NCBI GenBank assembly: GCA_027343665.1
Contig: DAHWKL010000001.1
Span: 386,278 to 450,277 of the forward strand
From: an archaeon
GTDB lineage: Archaea > Nanobdellota > Nanobdellia > Pacearchaeales > GW2011-AR1
DNA length: 64,000 nt
Direction of reading: 5' to 3'
Shown: piece by piece, positions 27,635 through 35,816 of the stretch
How positions within the stretch are numbered: the first letter of the stretch is position 1
How the letters are laid out: every line of letters starts with the position of its first letter
Position numbers and translations under genes: made by a program
Notes under the pieces: model-generated
Told to the model about the DNA's origin: nothing
What the model saw: only the letters and a program-made list of their open reading frames with translations
Databases searched by the model: none

Positions 27635-28135
27635 ATGGCAGAAAAACAAATGATGCAAAAACCAGCAGCAAAGAATGAGGAAAGGATAGTGAGAATACTA
27701 TCAAAGGATATAGAAGGCGGAATGAAGGTCTATCCTGGACTCACAAAGATAAAAGGTGTTTCATGGGCAATTTCAAATGCAACATGCCAGATTTTGGGGA
27801 TTCCAAAGACAAAAAAAATAGGAGAACTCACTGATGTTGATATAAAAAAGATAAGCGAGTTCATAAAAAACCCAAAAGTTCCGAATTTCATATTAAACAG
27901 AAGAAAAGATCTCGAAACCGGAGAAGACAAACATCTAATTGGAGTTGATCTTGAACTGAAAAACGAATTTGATATAAAGAGATTGAAAAAAATAAAAAGT
28001 TATAGGGGACTTAGGCATACGCTTGGGCTTCCTATGAGAGGACAAAGAACAAGATCACATTTCAGGAAGAACAGGAGAAGAGGTTCGGGCATACAGAAGA
28101 AAACTGTAAAAACCGAGATGAAGAAGGAGAAGTAA
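27635..28135 (+). CDS. rps13: 30S ribosomal protein S13 (uS13)
   Basis: RILSKDIEGGMKVYPGLTKIKGV...GLRHTLGLPMRGQRTRS. Confidence 0.85.
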   Translation: MAEKQMMQKPAAKNEERIVRILSKDIEGGMKVYPGLTKIKGVSWAISNATCQILGIPKTKKIGELTDVDIKKISEFIKNPKVPNFILNRRKDLETGEDKHLIGVDLELKNEFDIKRLKKIKSYRGLRHTLGLPMRGQRTRSHFRKNRRRGSGIQKKTVKTEMKKEK

Positions 28136-28136
28136 G

Positions 28137-28601
28137 ATGAAGAGAAAGCATAAGAAATATTCAAGACCAAAGAGACCTTTTGACAAGACAAGAATAGAGG
28201 AAGAGGCAGTGATAAAGAAAAAGTATGGTCTCAAAAATAAAAGAGAAATCTGGAAAGCAGATGCTAAAGTCACAGTTATGAGACAAAAAGCCAAAAAATT
28301 AATTAAAGCACCGCAGGAAGAGAAAAAAGTTTTATTCTCAAGGCTTCAAAAGATAGGACTTAAAGTATCATCGATATCGGATGTTCTTGGATTGAATAAG
28401 ACAGATTATCTTGAAAGGAGACTCCAGACCGTCGTTTTAAGGAAAGGACTTGCTCCGACGATAAAAACATCAAGACAGATGATAACACACAAGAAGATAT
28501 CCGTAAACGGGGCAGTGGTGGATAGCCCATCTTATATTGTTCCCGTGGATTATGAGGATAAGATAATGAAAAAAGAAAAAACAAAGAAGGTAACAAATTA
28601 A
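28137..28601 (+). CDS. rps4: 30S ribosomal protein S4 (uS4)
   Basis: KKYSRPKRPFDKTRIEEE...KYGLKNKREIWK plus a C-terminal S4 domain. Confidence 0.85.
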   Translation: MKRKHKKYSRPKRPFDKTRIEEEAVIKKKYGLKNKREIWKADAKVTVMRQKAKKLIKAPQEEKKVLFSRLQKIGLKVSSISDVLGLNKTDYLERRLQTVVLRKGLAPTIKTSRQMITHKKISVNGAVVDSPSYIVPVDYEDKIMKKEKTKKVTN

Positions 28602-28602
28602 A

Positions 28603-29142
28603 ATGGCAAAGAAAAAAGCCGAAGAGAAGGAAATGAAAGAAAATGACGGAGAATTGAATTTAACTGAGACCGACAATCAGAAAAGCGGAGAACAGCCTGA
28701 AGAAGTTGAAGTTTCGGATGAAGAAAGATTAACCGAGGAAGATCACTCCGCAAAAGCGACTGTCAGTAAAGAATCGGAAGCTGTAATAAATATTTACACT
28801 TCTTTTAATAATACAATTGTCCATGTGACAGACATGTCTGGAAAAACTATTTCAAAAATTACCGGTGGCATGATTACCAAACATGACAGACTTAAAGCGA
28901 ACCCGACAATAGCAATGTTCATCGCAAAAAGGATAACCGAAGAGGTAAAAGATTTGGGCATAAAATCTTTTTATGTCAGAATAAGAGCAAAGACAAGAAA
29001 TCCTGCACCTGGACCAGGAGCCCACAGCATAATAAAAAGCCTTACAAGAGATGGGTTCAAGATAATAAATATCTTGGATACAACAAGAATGCCAAGAGGC
29101 GGACCAAAACAGAAAGGGGGAAGAAGAGGAAGAAGACCGTAA
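28603..29142 (+). CDS. rps11: 30S ribosomal protein S11 (uS11) with about 55 aa acidic N-terminal extension
   Basis: The core reads INIYTSFNNTIVHVTD...PGPGAHSIIKSLTRDGFKIINILDTTRMPRGGP. Confidence 0.85.
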   Translation: MAKKKAEEKEMKENDGELNLTETDNQKSGEQPEEVEVSDEERLTEEDHSAKATVSKESEAVINIYTSFNNTIVHVTDMSGKTISKITGGMITKHDRLKANPTIAMFIAKRITEEVKDLGIKSFYVRIRAKTRNPAPGPGAHSIIKSLTRDGFKIINILDTTRMPRGGPKQKGGRRGRRP

Positions 29143-29173
29143 GTCTTAAATAACTTCTTTACAAAAAAATAAA

Positions 29174-29881
29174 ATGGAAAAAAATGCTGATATGAAAATA
29201 TCTTTCAAAATCAAAACAAATGAGAGCCTTGCAAATGCAATAAGAAGGGGTACAGGCCTTGTTCCAACTATGGCAATAGATGAAGTGGAAATTTCAAGAA
29301 ATGATTCAGCACTTTACGATGAAACTCTCGCCCACAGGATAGGGCTCATTCCAATAAAGATGGATAAATCCTGGAAAGAGGATACTGTCTTAAAATTTAA
29401 ACTTGATTCAAAAAAAGAGAATGTTTATTCAGGAGAGATTAAAGGAGATTTTGAACCCGTCTATGAAAAAATTCCCCTCACACTCCTTAGCCCAAACCAA
29501 GAACTTAAGATAAAAGGAAAGACAAAGATGGGAACGGGAAGAGAACATGCAAAATTTTCACCCGGAATAATTTTGTACCGAGACATCACCGAAATATCCC
29601 TTGACAAAGAGTTTGAAAAAGAGATAAAGAATATTTTTCCGGGAATAGAAATAAAAGATAAAGGAAATAAAATCATACTAAAAGATGACAATGAAAAAAC
29701 CGTCCTTGATTTCTGCGAGGGTCTTGCACAAAGGAAGAAAAAGAAAATAGAAGTGACAGAAACTGGAGAATTCCTTTTCACAGTTGAATCTTTTGGCCAA
29801 ATGAAAGCAGAAGAAATTTTCAAGAAATCCATCGAGATTCTTGAGAAAGAATTGAAAGGCATATCAAAAAAAATAAAATAA
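29174..29881 (+). CDS. rpoD: DNA-directed RNA polymerase subunit D (Rpo3)
   Basis: 235 aa with the SLANAIRR motif. It holds the conserved position after S11. Confidence 0.8.
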   Translation: MEKNADMKISFKIKTNESLANAIRRGTGLVPTMAIDEVEISRNDSALYDETLAHRIGLIPIKMDKSWKEDTVLKFKLDSKKENVYSGEIKGDFEPVYEKIPLTLLSPNQELKIKGKTKMGTGREHAKFSPGIILYRDITEISLDKEFEKEIKNIFPGIEIKDKGNKIILKDDNEKTVLDFCEGLAQRKKKKIEVTETGEFLFTVESFGQMKAEEIFKKSIEILEKELKGISKKIK

Positions 29882-30048
29882 TTTACAAGATTTACTTCAT
29901 GATTCAAGCGCCGTAGGCTCGGCGCGAAGCCAATAGTCCGTTTATAATAAGGATTTTTGCAAAAAAATAATTTTTATAAGGAAAAGTTAGTTTTTTAACA
30001 GGAAATTTTGCAAAAAAAATATGGTTTTTTATTGGAGAGTTGAAAAAT

Positions 30049-30093
30049 AGAAAAAGCCGCCCACAAAATGAGGAAGGAAAAAGGGCGGCTTTT
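30049..30093 (-). terminator. Hairpin + U-run intrinsic-type terminator after the 112 aa membrane-protein gene
   Basis: AAGCCGCCC (30054-30062) pairs with GGGCGGCTT (30083-30091). On the minus strand the stem is followed by TTTTT. Confidence 0.5.
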
Positions 30094-30106
30094 CCAAAGA
30101 ATATGA

Positions 30107-30445
30107 TTACAAGACTTGTTTGCTTCTCATAGAGAATGATAAATTTACACAAAGAAGAAAGATTGCAACTGACTCCAAAGCTGTGAAGACAAACACCAGC
30201 TCAAGAGCAGAGCTGAATGAGAGTTTTACAGAATACTCTGAAATCATGTAGGCAAGAATCCCTACGACTATGAGAATTAGCAAAGCTATTTTTTTATTTG
30301 CTCTTTTCCATTCCTTTCGGAAAATAAAAAGAACAAGAGCTGATGAATACATGTAGATTATCCACACGGACAACTGAGAATCATTCATAGTTATAAAGAA
30401 TATCCCTGCCACAGATAGGAAAATGAAAAAGAATTGCACCTTCAT
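30107..30445 (-). CDS. Small membrane protein (about 3-4 TM), unknown function
   Basis: 112 aa, hydrophobic. AGGAGGTGGAA Shine-Dalgarno upstream of the ATG; a terminator hairpin follows downstream. Confidence 0.5.
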   Translation of the reverse strand: MKVQFFFIFLSVAGIFFITMNDSQLSVWIIYMYSSALVLFIFRKEWKRANKKIALLILIVVGILAYMISEYSVKLSFSSALELVFVFTALESVAIFLLCVNLSFSMRSKQVL

Positions 30446-30464
30446 GATTCCACCTCCTCTTTAT

Positions 30465-30508
30465 TTTTTGAAAAAAAAGCCGCCTCGAAGAGATACAGAA
30501 GCGGCTTT
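30465..30508 (-). terminator. Hairpin + U-run intrinsic-type terminator after the 116 aa membrane-protein gene
   Basis: AAAGCCGC (30476-30483) pairs with GCGGCTTT (30501-30508). On the minus strand the stem is followed by a run of 8 T. Confidence 0.5.
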
Positions 30509-30516
30509 CTGAATAA

Positions 30517-30867
30517 TTATTCTTCCCTTGAAGAGAATCTTCCAAGGGATTTTTTCATATTCACCCACGCAAGAAAAACGCAAGATGAAATGAAATAAAG
30601 GAACGCAGGCCAGAAGTAACTCGAAGTGTTGCTTATTTCTGGCGAGATGAAGATGTTTACGATCCACAGAACAGCAAACATCATTGCCCCCCTCCTCAAG
30701 TTTATGCTGCTCCGGAAAAGAGATAGTATCACTGCAAAGGTCGCCAGGAAATACAACTGGGATCTTAAGAAGGGGGAACAACTCTTTCCGAAGTGAAGAT
30801 TGAGGATGACTAAAGAAGCTGCTGCAAAGACTAACAGGAGTGCTCTGAAACAAGTTGACTTTTTCAT
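30517..30867 (-). CDS. Small membrane protein (about 4 TM), unknown function
   Basis: 116 aa with an ATG start, hydrophobic. It was preferred over the overlapping 30461-30853 frame. Confidence 0.45.
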   Translation of the reverse strand: MKKSTCFRALLLVFAAASLVILNLHFGKSCSPFLRSQLYFLATFAVILSLFRSSINLRRGAMMFAVLWIVNIFISPEISNTSSYFWPAFLYFISSCVFLAWVNMKKSLGRFSSREE

Positions 30868-30878
30868 TGTTTTCTCCT

Positions 30879-31223
30879 TTATTTTAAGAATGATTTAGAT
30901 TCTTCCTGGTGAATTTTTTCTTTTTCTTCTTCAAGTGATTTGATGAACTCAAAAGAAAGATTAACCAGGTCCAGTCGATTGCTTTCCTCACAATCTGAGG
31001 GTATCCAAAGCACACCTTTAGAGATAAGAAACTCGAGACGCTCTTTCAGATCAGCGTGAGGAATTCCTGTCTCATCTTCAAGGGCTTTGAAACCTGAAGC
31101 ACGACTTTTATGCACAAGGCGTATGATCATAAGAGATTCATATTTAATCTTGTCGACCTGCTCGCATATGAATCCCTCCATCGCCCTGACAAAAGCCATT
31201 GTCGGAATTTCACTTATTCCCAT
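30879..31223 (-). CDS. Small helical protein, putative winged-helix DNA-binding
   Basis: About 114 aa from the ATG at 31223, which has a GGTGA SD. The track start at 31256 is TTG. FKALEDETGIPHADLKERLEFLISKGVL reads as a possible HTH pattern; there is no family-specific motif. Confidence 0.45.
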   Translation of the reverse strand: MGISEIPTMAFVRAMEGFICEQVDKIKYESLMIIRLVHKSRASGFKALEDETGIPHADLKERLEFLISKGVLWIPSDCEESNRLDLVNLSFEFIKSLEEEKEKIHQEESKSFLK

Positions 31224-31227
31224 ATTC

Positions 31228-31521
31228 TCACCTTCTTTCATCTTTGATGTTTGCAAAATATTTTCTTTTCCACTTCTCTTTCTTTTTTCCCCAGGTGGAA
31301 GAATTCCTGTGGATAAGACCTTCTTTCACCATTGATTTAAGGTGCTTACTGACAGTCCTGCTGCAAAGCTTTGTCGCTTTACAGATTTCTTTTGGAGATG
31401 CACCATTTCCTTTTCTTTTTATGAAGAGAAAAATATTCTCTTTGGATGTGCTATTCTTAACTTCATTCATTTCTTTCTCCTCTTTCTTTGATTTGAATGG
31501 TTTTGTGCAATTTACGCTCAT
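31228..31521 (-). CDS. Small putative winged-helix DNA-binding protein (MarR/ArsR-like)
   Basis: GASPKEICKATKLCSRTVSKHLKSMVKEGLI reads as a possible HTH pattern. An internal ATG at 31470 has a stronger GAGGAG SD and may be the true start. Confidence 0.5.
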   Translation of the reverse strand: MSVNCTKPFKSKKEEKEMNEVKNSTSKENIFLFIKRKGNGASPKEICKATKLCSRTVSKHLKSMVKEGLIHRNSSTWGKKKEKWKRKYFANIKDERR

Positions 31522-31560
31522 TACGGACTTCTTGATCTTGCTTCCATTCCATTTTCCTCC

Positions 31561-31851
31561 TTAAATTATCTCTCTTGGACAAACCAAAATGTAATGATTT
31601 CCTCCGCCATTTGAGGAACGGAGCTTAATCTGGTTATTCTGCTCGAGCGTGTGGCATATCCTTCTTGCTCTATCCTTGCATATACCCAGCTGAGACGCCA
31701 GGAAATTTAGGGTAAAAGTTTTGTGAACTTTTGCCACAGCCATTGTTCCACGAAGTTCATCAAGGGTAACATGACGACTTCTTTGGGCAATCTCTGCTAG
31801 TTCCTCCATCTTTTCGCTTCCCAGAATGTCCTGAACAAGTTGCGAGTACAT
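31561..31851 (-). CDS. Small putative winged-helix DNA-binding protein
   Basis: 96 aa with a GGAGG SD. FLASQLGICKDRARRICHTLEQNNQI reads as a possible HTH pattern. Confidence 0.5.
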   Translation of the reverse strand: MYSQLVQDILGSEKMEELAEIAQRSRHVTLDELRGTMAVAKVHKTFTLNFLASQLGICKDRARRICHTLEQNNQIKLRSSNGGGNHYILVCPREII

Positions 31852-31866
31852 TACTTTCCTCCTTTT

Positions 31867-32127
31867 TTATGCCAGTTCATTTTGAAGAAGAGGGTGATAA
31901 TACACCTCTCCCTGGAATTCGTCGCGCCAGATTTCATTCGGGCTGCAAAGAATGAACAGGATTTTTTCGACAATGATTTCGTCTATTCCAGTCTCTCCTG
32001 AAATTGATTTGGGAGTGCAGGAATGGCGCCTTTCCAAGCACAGATAAACCTTCTCAGAATGGACCGGGTCCAATTTTTCCTCTCTTGCAACCTTCTTAAG
32101 CTTTGCAAGATTTTCTTTGCTCAACAT
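31867..32127 (-). CDS. Small putative winged-helix DNA-binding protein
   Basis: 86 aa with an AAGGAG SD. TPKSISGETGIDEIIVEKILFIL reads as a possible HTH pattern. Confidence 0.45.
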   Translation of the reverse strand: MLSKENLAKLKKVAREEKLDPVHSEKVYLCLERRHSCTPKSISGETGIDEIIVEKILFILCSPNEIWRDEFQGEVYYHPLLQNELA

Positions 32128-32185
32128 GTCTTTCTCCTTTTTTAAGGTTCACGATGGAATTTTGTCTTTGAGGAACTTTTTGGGA

Positions 32186-32968
32186 TTAAAATCTTAATTT
32201 AACCCTTTTCCTCGTCCTGATTAATTCACTCGCGATTCTGTAAAGGTCAATCTCTCCGTCATAGAAAGATCCTCTTGGAATTTCTCTCCGTCTTGAGAAG
32301 AAAAACTTCAAAAAGTTCGAAGGAATGACTCTTAACTTAACCTCTTCAAGAGCTAGGGAAAGGTTATCGATGATCTCTCGAGATGAGGCTTCATCTTCGG
32401 GAAAATAATCGAAATTGTCTTCTGCTGCTTTAATGATTCCCCTTGCAGTATCCTCAAGAAGTGAAATGGAAATATGTGCTTCCCAATCGACAAGGTTAGA
32501 AAATTCCTTGAGTACTGCTACAAGAGCTTTCGCATCGGCATGGCCGATTTCTTCATTCATTCTGTTTGTGAGAGACTCAATCATCTGCATCTTCTGATTG
32601 AATTCCTCCTTTTCTGTCTTGATTCTTGAGAAAACCTCACTTTCCATATCTTCGATCTTGTCGAGATGCTCTTTTTTGAAAGACCGCACTTCCCTTCCGG
32701 ACAATGGAAGTCGATCAACTATCATTGAACTTTCCAGTTTTTTGTGAAATCCGAAAGATGAATCTTCATAGAGGGATACCCTCGGATTAAAGATGGGTTT
32801 CAGATGAAAAGCACTTCTTCTTTTCCACTCAGAAAATCCCTGGAAAGCTCCGGAGGAATATTCCTCATGAGCAGTTGTGTTCAAAGAGAGTATTACAAAT
32901 GAGGAGAAGATTGCCTCAAGCAGATTCTCAACTTGCTCTTGGGAAATGGAATTAAAATAGTAAGTCAT
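32186..32968 (-). CDS. Hypothetical protein (260 aa, helical/acidic), no recognisable domain
   Basis: Long ATG-initiated ORF, co-oriented with the island genes. Confidence 0.45.
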   Translation of the reverse strand: MTYYFNSISQEQVENLLEAIFSSFVILSLNTTAHEEYSSGAFQGFSEWKRRSAFHLKPIFNPRVSLYEDSSFGFHKKLESSMIVDRLPLSGREVRSFKKEHLDKIEDMESEVFSRIKTEKEEFNQKMQMIESLTNRMNEEIGHADAKALVAVLKEFSNLVDWEAHISISLLEDTARGIIKAAEDNFDYFPEDEASSREIIDNLSLALEEVKLRVIPSNFLKFFFSRRREIPRGSFYDGEIDLYRIASELIRTRKRVKLRF

Positions 32969-33024
32969 TTTAAATGTCCTTTTAGTTTAGAATTTAGGAT
33001 AATTTGACAAAAGTCAAACATTTT

Positions 33025-33048
33025 TCAGGGTGCTCTTATCATATCCAT
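33025..33048 (-). promoter_or_regulatory. 7-codon mini-ORF MDMIRAP* (candidate leader/arrest peptide)
   Basis: ATGGATATGATAAGAGCACCCTGA with an AAGGAG SD 7 nt upstream, in the intergenic region upstream of the 260 aa gene. It is followed by the TTTGAC-N4-GTCAAA hairpin (33003-33018). Confidence 0.35.
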
Positions 33049-33081
33049 GACTTTGCTCCTTTCTTTTGAACGTGTTTATGA

Positions 33082-33636
33082 TCAGTTTAACGAAAAGATA
33101 AAACCGATTTCTACTCCAGGACCTTCGAAATCAGAATCGAAAGTTATAGCGTTGTATTTCAGACTTATGTAAAGATAGCCCGAACTGGAAGTGTAACCCC
33201 CAAAACCTATTTTTGGAGCTACACCGAAACCATCTGTTGAAGACGAATAATGCTTGCCGTTATAGTCTTCGCTTGAAGAAATTGAAGCATAGAAAAATTC
33301 CCCACCAAAGAATACATTTCTTTCAGAGGAAAAGTAGTACAGATATTCTCCACCTATAGAGACCAAAGAATAATCGACTTTCTGCCCTGCAAATTCGCTT
33401 CCATTATCAAACGTTTGGGTCGCTATTTTCCATTCAGCGAAGACACCCCACGTCTGAGTCGTTGAAAGATTTTTCTCGTAAGCTCCTTTCAACCCATAAA
33501 AGTTACAGTTATCAACATTATGGGGCTTCATGAAAGTTCCAGAGAAATCTATCCCTGACTCAGGAATCAAAGAATTCTGAGCTTTCACAGGAGCGAATGA
33601 GAACAGAAATGCAATGATTAATGCTGCGGATTTCAT
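33082..33636 (-). CDS. Secreted beta-barrel (bacterial OMP_b-brl/porin-family-like) protein
   Basis: Signal peptide MKSAALIIAFLFSFAPVKAQ, then alternating aromatic/Gly-rich beta-strand pattern. The ATG at 33636 has a GAGGA SD; the track start at 33648 is GTG. Confidence 0.5.
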   Translation of the reverse strand: MKSAALIIAFLFSFAPVKAQNSLIPESGIDFSGTFMKPHNVDNCNFYGLKGAYEKNLSTTQTWGVFAEWKIATQTFDNGSEFAGQKVDYSLVSIGGEYLYYFSSERNVFFGGEFFYASISSSEDYNGKHYSSSTDGFGVAPKIGFGGYTSSSGYLYISLKYNAITFDSDFEGPGVEIGFIFSLN

Positions 33637-33688
33637 TTTCATCCTCACTTTTTTGAAGTTTAAAATTAGTTAATTACAAGATAATTTT

Positions 33689-33712
33689 TTAAGGCGCTCT
33701 TATTGTGTTCAT
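33689..33712 (-). promoter_or_regulatory. 7-codon mini-ORF MNTIRAP* (candidate leader/arrest peptide)
   Basis: ATGAACACAATAAGAGCGCCTTAA with a GGAAGGA SD 7 nt upstream, in the intergenic region upstream of the 33636 beta-barrel gene. Confidence 0.35.
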
Positions 33713-33734
33713 TATTTTTTCCTTCCATTATTTA

Positions 33735-35735
33735 TTATTGCTGGTAGATTATTACAAGCATCGGCCTCTTTGAGGTATCCGGGTTATTGCTGCTGCAAAA
33801 GTCCACCTCACAGGTGTTCTGAGAAGTGGATAAAGAGAATCCGTAATTCGGACTTCCGTTCACCCAATCCTGAACAGTTCCAGTTACATCCATTTCATAC
33901 CATGAAGAAGTCATTTTCTGAGTAACTTCCTCGGAGAGTACGACTGATGATGAAGGCCGGCTGAGCCATTCGACAGTCTGTGCATTCCATGAACTTCCCA
34001 CTTTTCCAAGGAAGAATGTCGGCACTTCATTAATGTAATTCACAGATCCGAGGCCATACATTTTAAGTGTGGCGGATAATATTTTTGCACCTGAAGGAAT
34101 TCCCGAAAGGTCGAATTTTATAAAAGATTCTGATTCTTCAAGCCAACTGGGATTATCAAAGAGTGCCTGGAGAGTATCACTGTCAGGATAATTATAGTAA
34201 GTATCAGGAGAACTTGGCCAAGTCAAATGCCTCACCCAAGTGTCCTGACCATCAGACGGACCTGGCTGCAAAGTGAGAGTTTTTTGTGCCCCGCTTGAAG
34301 AAGAAGTGGTGAACTGCCATGTCGGACCTGCGGCAGAATCTCCATGAGTATCAAATGCTACAACTTGCCATACCACAGAAGTTCCAGGGGGTAAGTCTCC
34401 AAGCCCCATGTACGGAGCGTATAAATCATGTGCCCATCCAGGGATATTGGAGCCTATCTGATAAGTGATTGAATAATAAACAGAGTCACCATCAGGATCA
34501 GAGTCATCCCAAGTGAGCATTACCGGATTCTGGACTTCTGAAGAGTAGTTTGCAGGACTCGGATTTGAAGGAACATTGGGAGGATGATTCTGCTGCGCTT
34601 GAGCTTGAGATATAATACTTTCAGTCTGAAAAACAGGAAAAGAATATTCTCCGAGGAAAGAAGCTATCCACCTGGAATTCACTCCGAGACTGCCCTCTGC
34701 CCCCGCTGAAAGTTTCCACCAAGGGGACTGAGAAGCATTCACATCAAGCCTGGCATAAGGACCAATTGTTATCTGAGGTCCGACGAGGTCATAAACATAA
34801 ACAGTAAAATTGAATAGGAGTTCACCTTTGAGTTCTCCGTTAAGATTCACTTCAACAGGCTTAGCAGTGAAAACATTGCTGAAAGTCTTACCGGCACTCC
34901 AACTTCCGCTGTAAGAAGCAGACAAACCAATATTCATGTCATCAGTTATCCCTGCTGCTGCTTTTCCTTGAAGAGAAATAGAAGGAATAAAAACAATAGA
35001 GACAGAAGGCGTGAAAGCAATCCCAGAAAGGATCACTGGATATCCATCTGCTGTGAACAGGGTCTTCTGCGTGGTGTAATCCAGTGAACCGGTCGCAATA
35101 AGATTCAAGTCAAGGCTACCATTCAGATTGAAAGATGCATTTGCAGAAATGGAAGGGGAAAGAATTACATTACCCGTTATTGAACCCCCGAGTGAGATTG
35201 ATCCTTCAATCTTCACCTGATCACCTGTCGTGTTTGGATTGCCGTCAGCATCATAGACAAGATAGTCCAGATCATAAGTCACTTCCGTCTTTGAAACTTT
35301 CTTGACTTTGACACCTTCCGTGCCACTCTGAACCTTCTGAAGAGAAGAAGCCAAAAGCGAAAAGCTAACATTCCCATCGCTGAAAGCATCCGTGAGAGAA
35401 GCATTAACAGTGGTTAGCACATTTCCGCTTATAGAAGTCACTTTTCTCAAAAACCCTCTTGGTGCCCCCGAGGACACGCCGTCAGAAAATACCACACTTC
35501 CGACTGAAATGTCCGATGGGACTGAAGAGAAAGTAATTGAATTCAAAGAAATGCTCTGAATATTACTCATCTGAGAAGAAGTAACCTGAACTGCACCTGG
35601 CTGGAGAGTCAACCCGTTTACAACTGTGGGGGGAGTCGGCGGGTTTGGCTCGGGTTCCTGATTTACCGGATTTGATTTTTTCGAACATGATGCAAAGAGC
35701 ACCACAAAGATCACAAAGATGATTAAGCGTTTCAT
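33735..35735 (-). CDS. Secreted lipoprotein with FN3-like and C-terminal DNRLRE-like domains
   Basis: MKRLIIFVIFVVLFASCSKK is a signal peptide plus lipobox Cys, followed by a Pro-rich linker. The C-terminal block QPGPSDGQDTWV...IKFDLSGIPSGAKILSATLKMYG...WNAQTVEWLSRP resembles the DNRLRE domain. AAGGAG SD 7 nt upstream of the ATG at 35735. Confidence 0.6.
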   Translation of the reverse strand: MKRLIIFVIFVVLFASCSKKSNPVNQEPEPNPPTPPTVVNGLTLQPGAVQVTSSQMSNIQSISLNSITFSSVPSDISVGSVVFSDGVSSGAPRGFLRKVTSISGNVLTTVNASLTDAFSDGNVSFSLLASSLQKVQSGTEGVKVKKVSKTEVTYDLDYLVYDADGNPNTTGDQVKIEGSISLGGSITGNVILSPSISANASFNLNGSLDLNLIATGSLDYTTQKTLFTADGYPVILSGIAFTPSVSIVFIPSISLQGKAAAGITDDMNIGLSASYSGSWSAGKTFSNVFTAKPVEVNLNGELKGELLFNFTVYVYDLVGPQITIGPYARLDVNASQSPWWKLSAGAEGSLGVNSRWIASFLGEYSFPVFQTESIISQAQAQQNHPPNVPSNPSPANYSSEVQNPVMLTWDDSDPDGDSVYYSITYQIGSNIPGWAHDLYAPYMGLGDLPPGTSVVWQVVAFDTHGDSAAGPTWQFTTSSSSGAQKTLTLQPGPSDGQDTWVRHLTWPSSPDTYYNYPDSDTLQALFDNPSWLEESESFIKFDLSGIPSGAKILSATLKMYGLGSVNYINEVPTFFLGKVGSSWNAQTVEWLSRPSSSVVLSEEVTQKMTSSWYEMDVTGTVQDWVNGSPNYGFSLSTSQNTCEVDFCSSNNPDTSKRPMLVIIYQQ

Positions 35736-35816
35736 TTTGATTCTCCTTTCACCCAAAATTTAATGAAAGGCTGCCTGTCCCGTAAACAGTCCCAAAAACA
35801 GACAGCCCAGATGAAA

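Noticed and set aside
29882-30110. Search for a direct repeat of the tRNA-Leu(CAA) 3' end (att site) at the far end of the island.
   Set aside because: I found no copy of the tRNA 3' sequence (GGTTCGAATCCTAGCACCCAC or its complement) by eye. The boundary therefore remains undefined rather than proven.
29904-30152. 82 aa ORF at the island's left edge, and the alternative frame 30461-30853.
   Set aside because: The translations are Phe/Lys-rich and low-complexity, and they span palindromes and terminator hairpins. They overlap better-supported membrane-protein frames.
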